Below are positions 31,607 to 41,261 of a stretch of DNA of 64,000 bases, in pieces; position 1 is the first letter of the stretch; each line of letters starts with the position of its first letter. The notes beneath the pieces are model-generated. The model made no database searches and had not been told where the DNA came from. It worked only from the letters and a program-made list of their open reading frames with translations. This stretch comes from Pseudomonadota bacterium (GTDB lineage: Bacteria > Pseudomonadota > Gammaproteobacteria > Poriferisulfidales > JAYYZZ01), in the NCBI GenBank assembly GCA_036687665.1, contig JAYYZZ010000002.1:20405-84404 (forward strand), read 5' to 3'. Both the position numbers and the translations under genes were made by a program.

Positions 31607-32518
31607 ATGAGCGTATCTGAAACCAAGACTTTTTCTACTCATTGGCGTGATTATTTTGAGGTTACAAAACCACGTGTTGTCGCACTGATGGTTTTTACCG
31701 CAATTGTAGGGATGTTATTGGCACCATCAAATACAACAGTGATGCTGATAGTCGTTGCTTCAGTTGGCATAGGTTTGATGGCAGGCGCGGCGGCAGCAAT
31801 TAATCAGTTGGCAGATCAGCACGCAGACGCAAAAATGTCTAGAACTTTAGATCGTCCTTTAGTGACAGGAGCTTTATCTACCAAAAATGTAATTATGTTT
31901 GCTGGTTTCCTTGGTGCTTTAGGCATGGGGATCCTTCTAATTTGGGTAAATGCGCTGACAGCATTACTAACATTGTTTTCATTGTATGGATATGCGGTGA
32001 TTTATACGTTGTATTTAAAAAGGGCAACCCCTTTAAATATTGTAATAGGAGGTGCGGCAGGGGCAACACCCCCGTTACTTGGGTGGACTGCTGTTACTGG
32101 CCATATTGATATTGATGCAATCTTATTATTTTTAATTATTTTTGCATGGACACCACCACACTTTTGGGCGCTTGCGCTTGAAAGAAAAGAAGAATATGAA
32201 AAAGTTAATATACCTATGTTACCTGTAACGCATGGCGATGCTTATACCCGCTTACATATAGTTTTTTATACTTTATTGCTTACAGGCACTACTTTTTTAC
32301 CATACGCAATAGAGATGTCTGGGCTGATATACTTAACTGGCGTGGTTATTCTCAATATTATTTTTCTATATTATGTATTACGGATGTACTGGGAAAAGAG
32401 CAATAAACTGGCTATGCCTACTTTTACCTACTCTATAGTGTATTTAATGTTGCTTTTTGCGTTTCTGTTAGTTGACAAGTACGCAGACATGATTACATCT
32501 GGGCAAATTCTTTTCTGA
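31607..32518 (+). CDS. ctaB: protoheme IX farnesyltransferase (heme O synthase)
   Basis: 303 aa UbiA-family protein with DxxxD-type site (ADQHADAKMSRTLDRP) and WTPPHFWALAL block. Confidence 0.92.
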   Translation: MSVSETKTFSTHWRDYFEVTKPRVVALMVFTAIVGMLLAPSNTTVMLIVVASVGIGLMAGAAAAINQLADQHADAKMSRTLDRPLVTGALSTKNVIMFAGFLGALGMGILLIWVNALTALLTLFSLYGYAVIYTLYLKRATPLNIVIGGAAGATPPLLGWTAVTGHIDIDAILLFLIIFAWTPPHFWALALERKEEYEKVNIPMLPVTHGDAYTRLHIVFYTLLLTGTTFLPYAIEMSGLIYLTGVVILNIIFLYYVLRMYWEKSNKLAMPTFTYSIVYLMLLFAFLLVDKYADMITSGQILF

Positions 32519-32567
32519 GTTCAGAATATTTTTGTGAAATTTATAAAAGAGTTGGGCTAGTCTGTAC

Positions 32568-33419
32568 TTAGGCTATTTCTTCTCGAAGTTTTTTCATAGC
32601 ATTTTCTTCGATTTGTCTTATACGTTCAGCTGATACACCATATTTTTTTGCTAATTCATGTAATGTGATTTTTTTATCATGAAGCCAGCGTTGTTGTAGT
32701 ATGTCGCTACTACGTTCGTCCAAATTTTGTAGTGCAGCTGTTAATTGTTCAGAACGATCTCTTTTCCAATCTTCTTCCTCTATCGTATCTGAAACATTTG
32801 AGTTTTCATCATACAAAAAAGCTGCTGGTGCTAAATACTTTGAATCTTCATCATCATTTTTTTCAATATCAAATGTAACATCCTGGCCGCTTAAACGACT
32901 CTCCATTTCTAAGACTTCTTTTTTAGTGACACCAAGATCTTTTGCAACTGCTTCTACTTCTTTATTGTTTAGCCAGGCAAGTCTTTTTTTAGCGCTTCGT
33001 AAATTAAAAAATAGTTTACGCTGTGCTTTTGTTGTCGCAACTTTAACAATACGCCAATTACGTAATATAAATTCGTGCATCTCAGCACGTATCCAGTGTA
33101 CGGCAAATGATACTAATCTTACATTCATTTCCGGATCAAACCGTTTTACAGCTTTCATTAATCCAATATTTCCTTCTTGGATTAAATCATTCAATGGTAG
33201 CCCATAGCCGGTATACCCTCTTGCTACTTGTACTACAAAACGCAGATTGTGCATGATGAGCTTTCTTGCGGCGTCTATATCGTTATGATCTCGTAGCCGT
33301 ATTGCTAAATCTTTTTCTTCTTCCGACGTGAGGACGGGAAATGAGTAGGCTGCATTGACGTATGCATCTAAACTTCCTACTGGAAGAGCTAGCGCCATAT
33401 TGTTGGGTCTAAATTTCAT
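32568..33419 (-). CDS. rpoH: RNA polymerase sigma-32 (heat-shock sigma factor)
   Basis: RpoH box QRKLFFNLR with long blocks matching E. coli RpoH. I place the start at [15 protein letters not shown] (33419), which parallels E. coli MTDKMQSLALAPVG; the track's GTG at 33446 is less likely. Confidence 0.95.
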   Translation of the reverse strand: MKFRPNNMALALPVGSLDAYVNAAYSFPVLTSEEEKDLAIRLRDHNDIDAARKLIMHNLRFVVQVARGYTGYGLPLNDLIQEGNIGLMKAVKRFDPEMNVRLVSFAVHWIRAEMHEFILRNWRIVKVATTKAQRKLFFNLRSAKKRLAWLNNKEVEAVAKDLGVTKKEVLEMESRLSGQDVTFDIEKNDDEDSKYLAPAAFLYDENSNVSDTIEEEDWKRDRSEQLTAALQNLDERSSDILQQRWLHDKKITLHELAKKYGVSAERIRQIEENAMKKLREEIA

Positions 33420-33569
33420 AACTTTATATTTTAAATTACTTAGCACTCATTTGAAAGAGTGCTAAAATTTATTAAAGTATATCTTACATATCAATATCTT
33501 ACAAATCCTTACTACATTTATACTTAGTCTATTTATATATTGGGGTGGATTGCAGTGAATTCAAGGTCT

Positions 33570-34502
33570 CTAGCTAGGTCTGATTGCTTTTAGGTGCTGC
33601 GCTACTGCAATTCGTGAGCCGAGGAAACCTAGCACAGCAGCAAGGAACACTATTATCGAGCCTTGTGTGAGGGAGATATTTTGTAATACCGCCTCATTTT
33701 GGTAAAGAACCCCAAGTCGATTAACCGCGGGGCGCAGAAGCCAAACAGCCGCACTAACAATTAACCAGGCAAAACCACCACTCAACACCCCGTACCAGAC
33801 CCCACCATATAAAAACGGTCTCCTGATAAAAGCATCACTAGCTCCTATTAGTTTGCAAACAATTATTTCTTCTTTTTGGTTTTGAATTTCCAGCCGCACG
33901 GTATTCCCAATAATTAATATCACGGAAACTCCTAGCAATACAGAAATAATTAGTATTGTTTTTTCTATAATCTCCACAATTACAAATAGGCGCTGAATCC
34001 ATTCTGTATCAACCCTTACACTGTTTACTTTTGGAAGCATGCCCAGCTTATTCTGCAATAACGTGATCTCTTCTCTAGAATTACTGGTGCTAGAAGGATA
34101 GATAATTATAGTTGGGGGCAAAGGGTTACTTTTTAAGTCTTCAATTATTTCTGTGTAACCTGTAAACCTCTGAAATTCTTTCAATGCTTGTTCTTTAGTT
34201 AGAGATTTTATGTGACTAACAGCTTGTATTTTTGATATTTCCTTTGCTAGATTCTCTAATTCATGATTTGAGGTATCTTCGTCCAAAAAGATTGAAATTT
34301 GTATATTTTCATTCCAGTTTCCAGTGACACCATGCAGATTTTGCAAGAATATATATAAACCGCTAGGTAAAGATAGGGCTGCTGCTAACATCACTAATGT
34401 CAAAAAACTACCTACCGAGTTTTTTAGCATTTTTTTAAAGCTCAGAATACAACTATTTAGATGAGATTGTGCCCAAGCTGTTATATATGAAAAGAATTTC
34501 AC
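33570..34502 (-). CDS. ftsX: cell division permease-like protein FtsX
   Basis: 310 aa with four TM segments and a large periplasmic loop. Directly downstream of ftsE. Confidence 0.9.
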   Translation of the reverse strand: MKFFSYITAWAQSHLNSCILSFKKMLKNSVGSFLTLVMLAAALSLPSGLYIFLQNLHGVTGNWNENIQISIFLDEDTSNHELENLAKEISKIQAVSHIKSLTKEQALKEFQRFTGYTEIIEDLKSNPLPPTIIIYPSSTSNSREEITLLQNKLGMLPKVNSVRVDTEWIQRLFVIVEIIEKTILIISVLLGVSVILIIGNTVRLEIQNQKEEIIVCKLIGASDAFIRRPFLYGGVWYGVLSGGFAWLIVSAAVWLLRPAVNRLGVLYQNEAVLQNISLTQGSIIVFLAAVLGFLGSRIAVAQHLKAIRPS

Positions 34503-34505
34503 TTA

Positions 34506-35183
34506 CTAGGTATCCTTTTGAGTAAATGTTTGTTCTTCTCTGACTTGTCCATTTTTTAATTCAATAATTCTTTTATTTAAATTCTTGATCAACGTTAGAT
34601 CATGGCTTGCAATCAGTACTGTAACCCCTACTTGGTTAAAATCAGTAAAAAGTTTCATAATCTCGCTGGATAAATCAGGATCTAAGTTCCCTGTTGGTTC
34701 GTCGGCTAATATTATTGGCGGTTTATTGACAATAGCTCTTGCTATACTAACTCTTTGTTGTTCGCCGCCAGATAATGCTATTGGGTTAGAACTTTCTTTC
34801 CCAAGCAACCCAACTTTGTCCAGGGCAGCTCTCACACGTTTTGGGATTTCACGCTTACCATAGTTTGAAATAATTAATGGTAGAGCTACATTTTCAAACA
34901 CATTCCGGTCATAAAGTAGTTGGTAATTTTGAAATATCATCCCTATTTTTCTTCTGTGGCCGGGTATTGTGCGTTCTTTTATTTTGGAAATATTGCGCTT
35001 ATTAACTAGAATCTGCCCCCTCGTTGGTTTTTCAATGCTTGCAATTAGTTTTAGTAATGTACTTTTCCCCGCTCCTGAGTGGCCTGTTAAAAAGGCCATT
35101 TCTCCAGGAAGTATCTCTATACTTATATTTGAGAGCGCTTTGCTAGATGAATAATGCTTGCTTACATTTAAAAATGAGATCAT
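34506..35183 (-). CDS. ftsE: cell division ATP-binding protein FtsE
   Basis: Walker A GHSGAGKST, ABC signature LSGGEQQR, 225 aa. No ftsY upstream. Confidence 0.93.
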   Translation of the reverse strand: MISFLNVSKHYSSSKALSNISIEILPGEMAFLTGHSGAGKSTLLKLIASIEKPTRGQILVNKRNISKIKERTIPGHRRKIGMIFQNYQLLYDRNVFENVALPLIISNYGKREIPKRVRAALDKVGLLGKESSNPIALSGGEQQRVSIARAIVNKPPIILADEPTGNLDPDLSSEIMKLFTDFNQVGVTVLIASHDLTLIKNLNKRIIELKNGQVREEQTFTQKDT

Positions 35184-35246
35184 TTCTTTTTTCTGCTTAA
35201 TTTGAGTAAAATCTAACTCTTTTTATAAAGCGCGTGTATTTCATTT

Positions 35247-36602
35247 ATGGATAATACTATCATTCATCGAAAACCAGAGAGACTCTATTATACTCGTCTG
35301 TTTTTATTGTTTATTGCTTTGTTCTGTTCTGGGAAAAGTATGGCAGAAAATGTCGTAGAATTTTCCCTTGTTAATGGCATGCGCGTCATTATTAAGGAGG
35401 ATCACCGCTTCCCCATAGCTATTTCACAAATGTGGTACAAGGTAGGCTCAATCGATGAACATGACGGGATCACAGGGATTTCTCACGCACTTGAACACAT
35501 GATGTTCAATGGAACAGAAAAAGTGCAAGCAGGACAATTCTCACACATGATTGCCGAAAAAGGTGGCAGAGATAATGCTTTTACCAGTAATGACTTTACT
35601 GCATATTACGCAATACTACCTAAGGAGCATATTTCTCTTGCATTGGAGCTTGAGGCAGACCGGATGATCAATCTAGATATGCAGCAAGAAAGTTTTATGC
35701 AAGAAATTAAAGTAGTTGCTGAAGAAAGAAGGCTAAGGACTGATGATAATCCAAATTCGCAAGTTTACGAAAGCCTTTTTAAGAATGCTTTTTCCAAGGA
35801 TTATCCGTTACATCACCCAGTCATAGGGTGGATGCGAGATATAGAAGCAATGAGGTTGAATGATTTAGAAGATTGGTACAGACGTTGGTATTCACCAAAT
35901 AATGCAATACTTGTGATTGTTGGTGATGTTAGCCCAGCAGAGTTGAAACCAAAAATTGAGAAAAACTTTGCTCATATTAAAAAAAGAAAGATTGGGAAAC
36001 GCATGCGAGCAAAAGATACTTTGGCATCGGGAAAGTTTGTAAGCGTTGAGGCTAATGCAGAGGTGCCATATCTCATGCTTGGTTATAAAATTCCGTCTTT
36101 TCGAAAATTATCTTATTTTCACAAATGGGAACTATATGCTTTAGAAATGCTTGCACAAATTCTTGATGGGGGAAAAAGCTCTCGTTTTTATAAGAATTTA
36201 ATTAGAGGAAAAAGAATTGCTGCAAGTACCGATGCTGGCAGTAGTATTTTTTCTTATTACCCAGGTCTTTTTGTCATCGATGGGACTCCACGAGAGGGGT
36301 TTTCTTCTAAAGAATTGCAAGCAGCCATTCAAATTGAAATAGAGAAAGTGCAAAAAGATTTAGTATCTGAAAAGGAGTTAAGTCTCGTAAAGGCGCAATT
36401 AGTTGCTTCTGAGATTTACCAAAGAGATTCTATAAAACACCAAGCAACTTTAATTGGCATGCTGGAAACAAATGAAATTGGATGGCAAATGATGGATCAG
36501 TATATTGGTAATCTTGAGAGAATTACTGCTGAACAAATTCGTAAAGTAGCTCAGAAGTATTTGGTGCCAGAGAACTTAACAACAGTGGTTCTAGATATTT
36601 AA
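35247..36602 (+). CDS. M16-family zinc peptidase (pitrilysin-like), active subunit
   Basis: Inverted zinc motif HALEH (HxxEH) with downstream E. N-terminal hydrophobic signal/anchor. Confidence 0.85.
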   Translation: MDNTIIHRKPERLYYTRLFLLFIALFCSGKSMAENVVEFSLVNGMRVIIKEDHRFPIAISQMWYKVGSIDEHDGITGISHALEHMMFNGTEKVQAGQFSHMIAEKGGRDNAFTSNDFTAYYAILPKEHISLALELEADRMINLDMQQESFMQEIKVVAEERRLRTDDNPNSQVYESLFKNAFSKDYPLHHPVIGWMRDIEAMRLNDLEDWYRRWYSPNNAILVIVGDVSPAELKPKIEKNFAHIKKRKIGKRMRAKDTLASGKFVSVEANAEVPYLMLGYKIPSFRKLSYFHKWELYALEMLAQILDGGKSSRFYKNLIRGKRIAASTDAGSSIFSYYPGLFVIDGTPREGFSSKELQAAIQIEIEKVQKDLVSEKELSLVKAQLVASEIYQRDSIKHQATLIGMLETNEIGWQMMDQYIGNLERITAEQIRKVAQKYLVPENLTTVVLDI

Positions 36603-36609
36603 AGTTCCA

Positions 36610-37941
36610 ATGTCTCTTACTACAAAAAAATATAGCGTATTAATTTTTTTCACTTTTGTATTTTTTACCTATCCATTGCAAAGTAATGCGCAAAACCAAA
36701 TAAAGTATTGGGTAACAGAAAAGGGGATACATGTCTTTTTTTTGCAAGCACAAGAATTGCCCATCCTAGACATGAGATTACTCTTTGATGCAGGCTCGTC
36801 AAGGGATGCAAGTTCTGAGGGACTCTCATATATAACACATAGCTTGTTAGATGAAGGGGCAGCAGGGCTAAATGCAATCCAGATAGCTGAAAAATTTGAT
36901 GAGGTAGGCGCACGATTTTCTGCTGCAAGTAGTCTTGATCAGTCTAATTTATCACTAAGAACGCTCACCAAAAAACACTATATTGAACAAGCTCTGGATG
37001 TTTTTATAAAAATTTTAACAAAACCTGATTTTTCTGCTGCCGATATCGAACTTTTGCGTAATCGAATTATTATAAGCATCCGAGAAGATTTGCAAGACCC
37101 TGGCTTTATTGCACAAAAAACATTTTATAAGGAATTATATGGAGGTCATCCTTATGGGAATACAACAAAAGGCGAGGAAAATTCTGTGTCCCGCATTACG
37201 CGAGAAGAGATTGTGGATTTCTATCAAAAACATCTGGTTGCAAGTAATAGTACTTTAGTGATGGTAGGAGCTGTCTCTGAAGAGGAGGCAATGAATATTG
37301 CAAAATTACTTGATCAATCGATGCGTATAGGAAAAAAACCTGCAGCGCTGGCTGCGCCAAAACCTAATTTTTCAAGAAGAACGATTCGCGTTTCTTTTCC
37401 TTCTAAGCAAGCACATATATTAATGGGGCATCTTGGTTTGGAGCGTGGAGGAAAAGACTACTTTCCTACATATTTGGCAAACCATATTTTGGGTGGCAGC
37501 GGTTTTAGTTCTCGGATCCTGAACGAAGTGAGGTTGAAGCGTGGACTCGCTTATAGTGCTTATAGTTATTTGTTTCCGCTGCAACATAAGGGACCTTATA
37601 TTATCGGACTACAGACAGAAGGTAAAAATATAGATACAGCTATTGATGTTATTGAAAAAACAGTCAGCAGTTATGTGTCAGGCGGGCCCAGCACGAATGA
37701 GTTGCAGCATTCTATTGAAAGTATTACAAAAGGTTTCCCACTACGTATTAGCAGTAATGCCAGCATGCTAAATTATGTCTCGATGATTGGTTATTATGGA
37801 TTGCCATTAGATTACTTAGATACGTTTCAGGAAAAGTTTAAAAGCATAAAAATGCGCCAGGTTCTGCAGGCTATTAAAAATAATATCAAGTTAAGCTCAT
37901 TAATTACTGTGGTGGTTGGCGGTGAAGAATCAAAAAAATAA
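36610..37941 (+). CDS. M16-family peptidase, probable non-catalytic partner subunit
   Basis: Same fold and length as the upstream gene, but HxxEH is replaced (ITHSLLDEG). Has a signal peptide. Typical paired arrangement. Confidence 0.8.
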   Translation: MSLTTKKYSVLIFFTFVFFTYPLQSNAQNQIKYWVTEKGIHVFFLQAQELPILDMRLLFDAGSSRDASSEGLSYITHSLLDEGAAGLNAIQIAEKFDEVGARFSAASSLDQSNLSLRTLTKKHYIEQALDVFIKILTKPDFSAADIELLRNRIIISIREDLQDPGFIAQKTFYKELYGGHPYGNTTKGEENSVSRITREEIVDFYQKHLVASNSTLVMVGAVSEEEAMNIAKLLDQSMRIGKKPAALAAPKPNFSRRTIRVSFPSKQAHILMGHLGLERGGKDYFPTYLANHILGGSGFSSRILNEVRLKRGLAYSAYSYLFPLQHKGPYIIGLQTEGKNIDTAIDVIEKTVSSYVSGGPSTNELQHSIESITKGFPLRISSNASMLNYVSMIGYYGLPLDYLDTFQEKFKSIKMRQVLQAIKNNIKLSSLITVVVGGEESKK

Positions 37942-38509
37942 AAATAAAATTTTGCCTAACAAAGTTAGGATTATTGCTGGCTTATGGAAAGGGCAGTATA
38001 TTGATGTTATTGATGCAGATAACTTGAGACCAACACCTAATCGTATACGAGAAACACTCTTCAATTGGTTGTCTGATTCTATTCAGGGGGCAATTTGCGT
38101 TGATTTATATGCGGGCAGTGGTGCGCTTGGCATAGAAGCCGCATCACGAGGAGCAGAATTCGTTACTTTTGTTGATAAAGATTTCCAAGTGGTAACTAAT
38201 CTTAGAAAACAGCTATCGAAGCTCGGAGCAAAAGAAACAGAGGTAATACAAACTCATGCATGGACCTACATCGAGTCAGTAAGAGAGCCTGTTGATATTT
38301 TTTTTCTTGACCCTCCTTTTAAAAAAGAAATGTTGCTTTCAGCATTTAATAAGCTAAGCAGGAGCAGGGCATTAAAGGAGGGAAGTATAATCTATGCGGA
38401 GGCTCCAGCAGATTGGTATCCAGAAGTACCAGCCGGGTGGGCAATACTAAAAAGCAAACAAACATCGAAAGTTAGCTATCATTTGTTATCAGTAAAAAAT
38501 ATGATATAG
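37916..38509 (+). CDS. rsmD: 16S rRNA (guanine966-N2)-methyltransferase
   Basis: VRIIAGLWKG, RPTPNRIRETLFNWL and FLDPPF motifs. The start (TTG 37916 or GTG 37922) is uncertain. Confidence 0.9.
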   Translation: MAVKNQKNKNKILPNKVRIIAGLWKGQYIDVIDADNLRPTPNRIRETLFNWLSDSIQGAICVDLYAGSGALGIEAASRGAEFVTFVDKDFQVVTNLRKQLSKLGAKETEVIQTHAWTYIESVREPVDIFFLDPPFKKEMLLSAFNKLSRSRALKEGSIIYAEAPADWYPEVPAGWAILKSKQTSKVSYHLLSVKNMI

Positions 38510-38548
38510 AAACTTGTTAATGCAGATTTCACACTTCATACTCACACC

Positions 38549-39025
38549 ATGAAAACAAAAGCGCTATATCCAGGGACTTTTGATCCGGTGACAAACGGGC
38601 ATATAGATCTTATTAAGCGCGCAACTGTTTTATTTGATGAGATTATTGTTGGTGTTGCTGATAGCTTAGACAAAAAACCATTATTTACCTTAGAAGAAAG
38701 GGTGGAGTTTGTGCGTGTTTCTGTTCAGAATCTTCCTAGTGTAAAAGTGGTCGGATTTAATGGTTTATTAGTCAGTTTAGCAATGGAGCATGATGCTTGC
38801 GCCATACTGAGAGGTTTGCGAGCTGTTTCTGATTTTGAATATGAATTTCAATTGGCAAGCATGAATAGAAAACTTGAACCAAAATTAGAGTCTATTTTCT
38901 TAACACCAGCTGAGGAGTTTTCTTTTTTATCCTCGACTTTAGTAAAGGAAATAGCCGCTTTAGCTGGTGATACCTCAGCATTTGTCCCTCAAATAGTGCA
39001 GAACGCCCTAAACAAAAAACGCTAA
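38549..39025 (+). CDS. coaD: phosphopantetheine adenylyltransferase
   Basis: [16 protein letters not shown] nucleotidyltransferase motif, 158 aa. Confidence 0.95.
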   Translation: MKTKALYPGTFDPVTNGHIDLIKRATVLFDEIIVGVADSLDKKPLFTLEERVEFVRVSVQNLPSVKVVGFNGLLVSLAMEHDACAILRGLRAVSDFEYEFQLASMNRKLEPKLESIFLTPAEEFSFLSSTLVKEIAALAGDTSAFVPQIVQNALNKKR

Positions 39026-39059
39026 AAACAAAAGAAGTCAAAAAAAGCACTAAAAACCC

Positions 39060-39087
39060 TTGAAATAAAGCCAAAAGATGATATATT
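39060..39087 (+). promoter_or_regulatory. sigma-70-type promoter with extended -10
   Basis: -35 TTGAAA (39060-39065), 16-nt spacer counted to the TATATT hexamer, extended -10 TGaTATATT (39079-39087). Lies 38 nt upstream of the mini-ORF ATG. Confidence 0.5.
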
Positions 39088-39109
39088 AGTATTAAATTAA
39101 ATACTAATA
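39084..39109. promoter_or_regulatory. 26-bp palindrome (10-bp arms) overlapping the -10 and predicted start site; operator-like
   Basis: TATTAGTATT-aaatta-AATACTAATA, with perfect 10-bp inverted arms. Confidence 0.4.
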
Positions 39110-39124
39110 CAGGAGTACATCAAC

Positions 39125-39205
39125 ATGGAATGGGTTTTATTGGCTATAGGTATCTGGACATTTGCTAGCGTTTGTCTTTTTGTGAAGCGCTGTTTAGGCA
39201 GATAA
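39125..39205 (+). CDS. 26-aa hydrophobic peptide (small membrane protein or type-I-toxin-like), unknown function
   Basis: Not in the ORF track. SD AGGAG lies 9 nt upstream of the ATG. Translation MEWVLLAIGIWTFASVCLFVKRCLGR is one TM-like helix plus a basic tail. Confidence 0.45.
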   Translation: MEWVLLAIGIWTFASVCLFVKRCLGR

Positions 39206-39279
39206 CCAGAAATATATTAATTTTTCGGTACTGATCAAATGTGGTGCAATGTTTTGACTGAATTCACGAAATGTAAAAT

Positions 39280-39346
39280 GATGCTTGCAAGTGCTCGTAG
39301 CACAAAGAAGAATGCAAGCCCGTATATTTTGCAAGCATCTGTTTTT
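39280..39346 (+). terminator. long-stem terminator-like structure with nested hairpin and U-tract
   Basis: GATGCTTGCAA (39280-39290) pairs with TTGCAAGCATC (39329-39339) and is followed by TGTTTTT. Inner hairpin GTGCT-cgt-AGCAC. A competing TGCAAGC copy lies at 39313-39319. Confidence 0.5.
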
Positions 39347-39488
39347 ACAATGTTTTCTATAAAAAAATATTTTTTTCATTTTTTAAGCAAGATTGGTACG
39401 AATTATGCATCTTAATAAAAGCAAAAGAAGAGAGGGAGGTTGATAAAGAGAAATAATTTTTAATAATTTGGCATAGATGGAGAACACT

Positions 39489-40439
39489 ATGAAAAAAATA
39501 TTGTATATTCCCATAACTGCAATTCTTATGATAAGCATTGCAGCGTTCGCAATTACACCAAACCAAAATGCCAAAAATCCTTTCACTGAAGGATTACTAT
39601 GGTCAATCACAAAAGACGGCGAAATTGTTGGCCATGTTTTCGGAACAATCCACTCAGACGACAAACGCGTGATTGATTTATCTTTACAGGCTCTTGAGAT
39701 ACTCGCTAATTCACGAAATTTTGCCATGGAAGTAATTCCTGCATACGGTCCATCGTTTGTTAACGATATTTACCAACCTGCTGCACACACAAGTGAAGAT
39801 ATTTCATATGAAATGTTGCCAATTAGTAATACCCAATTGTCTGAGCACATTGGCGATACAAGTTATGAGGAAGTAGAGTCTGCTTTACTTAAACTGGGGA
39901 TCAAAAAAGATGTCGTGCAATATTTAAAGCCATGGGTGGCTATATACGCTTTAGCATCAAGTCCAAGATGGAATAAAAGAAACCCAATCATGGATCACTT
40001 GTTGTTTGAAAATGCAGCAAATGCACAACAGGACATTTATGAAGTAGAAGGTTTAAAAAACCTTTATGCAGCTCATTATGATTTTCCAATAGAAGCTCAA
40101 ATTGCTTTGCTTAGAGATCGTTTAAGGAATAAGAGAACTTACAAAGATATAGAGAGCATGCATTTAGCTTACCTTGGAGAGAATTTAGGTGAAATGTTAA
40201 CACTTAGCACAAAATTTATTTCAGAGGAATCTCTTTATAGGCAGCTGGACAGGGTTTACTTGAAACATGCTTTATATATCAGGAATGTTGTAATGGCTTT
40301 TAAGATGCTGCCCTTGTTAAGAGAAAAAGGAGCGTTTGTTGCTGTGGGCGCGCTACACTTGCATGGAAAGGAAGGTGTTCTTGGGCAACTTGAAGCTTAT
40401 GGGTATAAGGCAAAAAGAGTTGCGTTATTAAAAAAATGA
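39489..40439 (+). CDS. TraB/GumN family protein (exported)
   Basis: Signal peptide MKKILYIPITAILMISIAAFA. GTIHSDD motif and C-terminal VGALHLHG block typical of GumN/TraB. I prefer the ATG at 39489 (SD GGAGA upstream) to the track's 39477. Confidence 0.7.
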   Translation: MKKILYIPITAILMISIAAFAITPNQNAKNPFTEGLLWSITKDGEIVGHVFGTIHSDDKRVIDLSLQALEILANSRNFAMEVIPAYGPSFVNDIYQPAAHTSEDISYEMLPISNTQLSEHIGDTSYEEVESALLKLGIKKDVVQYLKPWVAIYALASSPRWNKRNPIMDHLLFENAANAQQDIYEVEGLKNLYAAHYDFPIEAQIALLRDRLRNKRTYKDIESMHLAYLGENLGEMLTLSTKFISEESLYRQLDRVYLKHALYIRNVVMAFKMLPLLREKGAFVAVGALHLHGKEGVLGQLEAYGYKAKRVALLKK

Positions 40440-40442
40440 TAA

Positions 40443-41261
40443 CTATCTTGATTGACAACTTGGGCAGTAAAAACTAGACCGCTGCCCAAGTATTTTTTTC
40501 TTTATTGTTTCACCACACACATAACAAGGCATCCCATGTCTTTGGTAGACGTGAAGCTTATTTTTAAAGTAACCAGGATTGCCAGACTCATTTGTAAAAT
40601 CTCTTAAGCTTGTTCCCCCGCTGGTTATTGCGCTTTTTAGAATTTTTTTTATACCAAGTGAAAGACTTTCATATTGCCTAAGCGAACATCTTTTAGATTG
40701 TAATCCAGGGCGGATTCCTGCTTTGAATAATGCTTCTGATGCATATATGTTGCCTATACCGGCAACTATATGGCTGTTCATTAAAAAATTTTTTACAGAA
40801 ATTTTTCTATTTCGTGATTTTTTATGCAGATATAATCCATTGAACGCCTTCGTAAGCGGTTCCGGGCCTAAATTTCTTAACAATCTGTGTTCTAACGGGT
40901 TATCGCCAACCCAAAGTAACAACCCAAAACGACGCGGATCACGAAATCTTATAATTTTTTTATTATCTAATTTAATATCGACATGGTCATGCTTAGATGG
41001 TTTCATTTCTGAATTCGCAATGCGCAGACTCCCGGACATGCCCAGATGTAAAATAAATGAACCCGAGCTTGTTTTGAAAATAAGATATTTCGCTCGCCTT
41101 GCAATGCCTTCTATTTTTGTATCTTTTAGAGTCCTTTTTAAATGAGAAGGTATACGGTACCGCAGACTATATTCTCTTATTTTAATTCCCTGTATTACTT
41201 TACCGACAGCATGTGGCTTAATGCCGCGCAGAGTTGTTTCAACTTCAGGAAGTTCAGGCAT
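40443..41261 (-). CDS. mutM: formamidopyrimidine-DNA glycosylase
   Basis: N-terminus MPELPEVET. C-terminal zinc finger CYVCG...CPSCQ. 272 aa. Confidence 0.95.
   Translation of the reverse strand: MPELPEVETTLRGIKPHAVGKVIQGIKIREYSLRYRIPSHLKRTLKDTKIEGIARRAKYLIFKTSSGSFILHLGMSGSLRIANSEMKPSKHDHVDIKLDNKKIIRFRDPRRFGLLLWVGDNPLEHRLLRNLGPEPLTKAFNGLYLHKKSRNRKISVKNFLMNSHIVAGIGNIYASEALFKAGIRPGLQSKRCSLRQYESLSLGIKKILKSAITSGGTSLRDFTNESGNPGYFKNKLHVYQRHGMPCYVCGETIKKKILGQRSSFYCPSCQSR

Noticed and set aside
39194-39727. Minus-strand ORFs in the coaD-traB gap (39194..39379, 39357..39566, 39383..39727).
   Set aside because: They have no SD. Their composition is Cys/His/Lys-rich or low-complexity. They read through the hairpin element or run antisense to the traB/gumN start, so they are more likely by-products of an AT-rich structured non-coding region.
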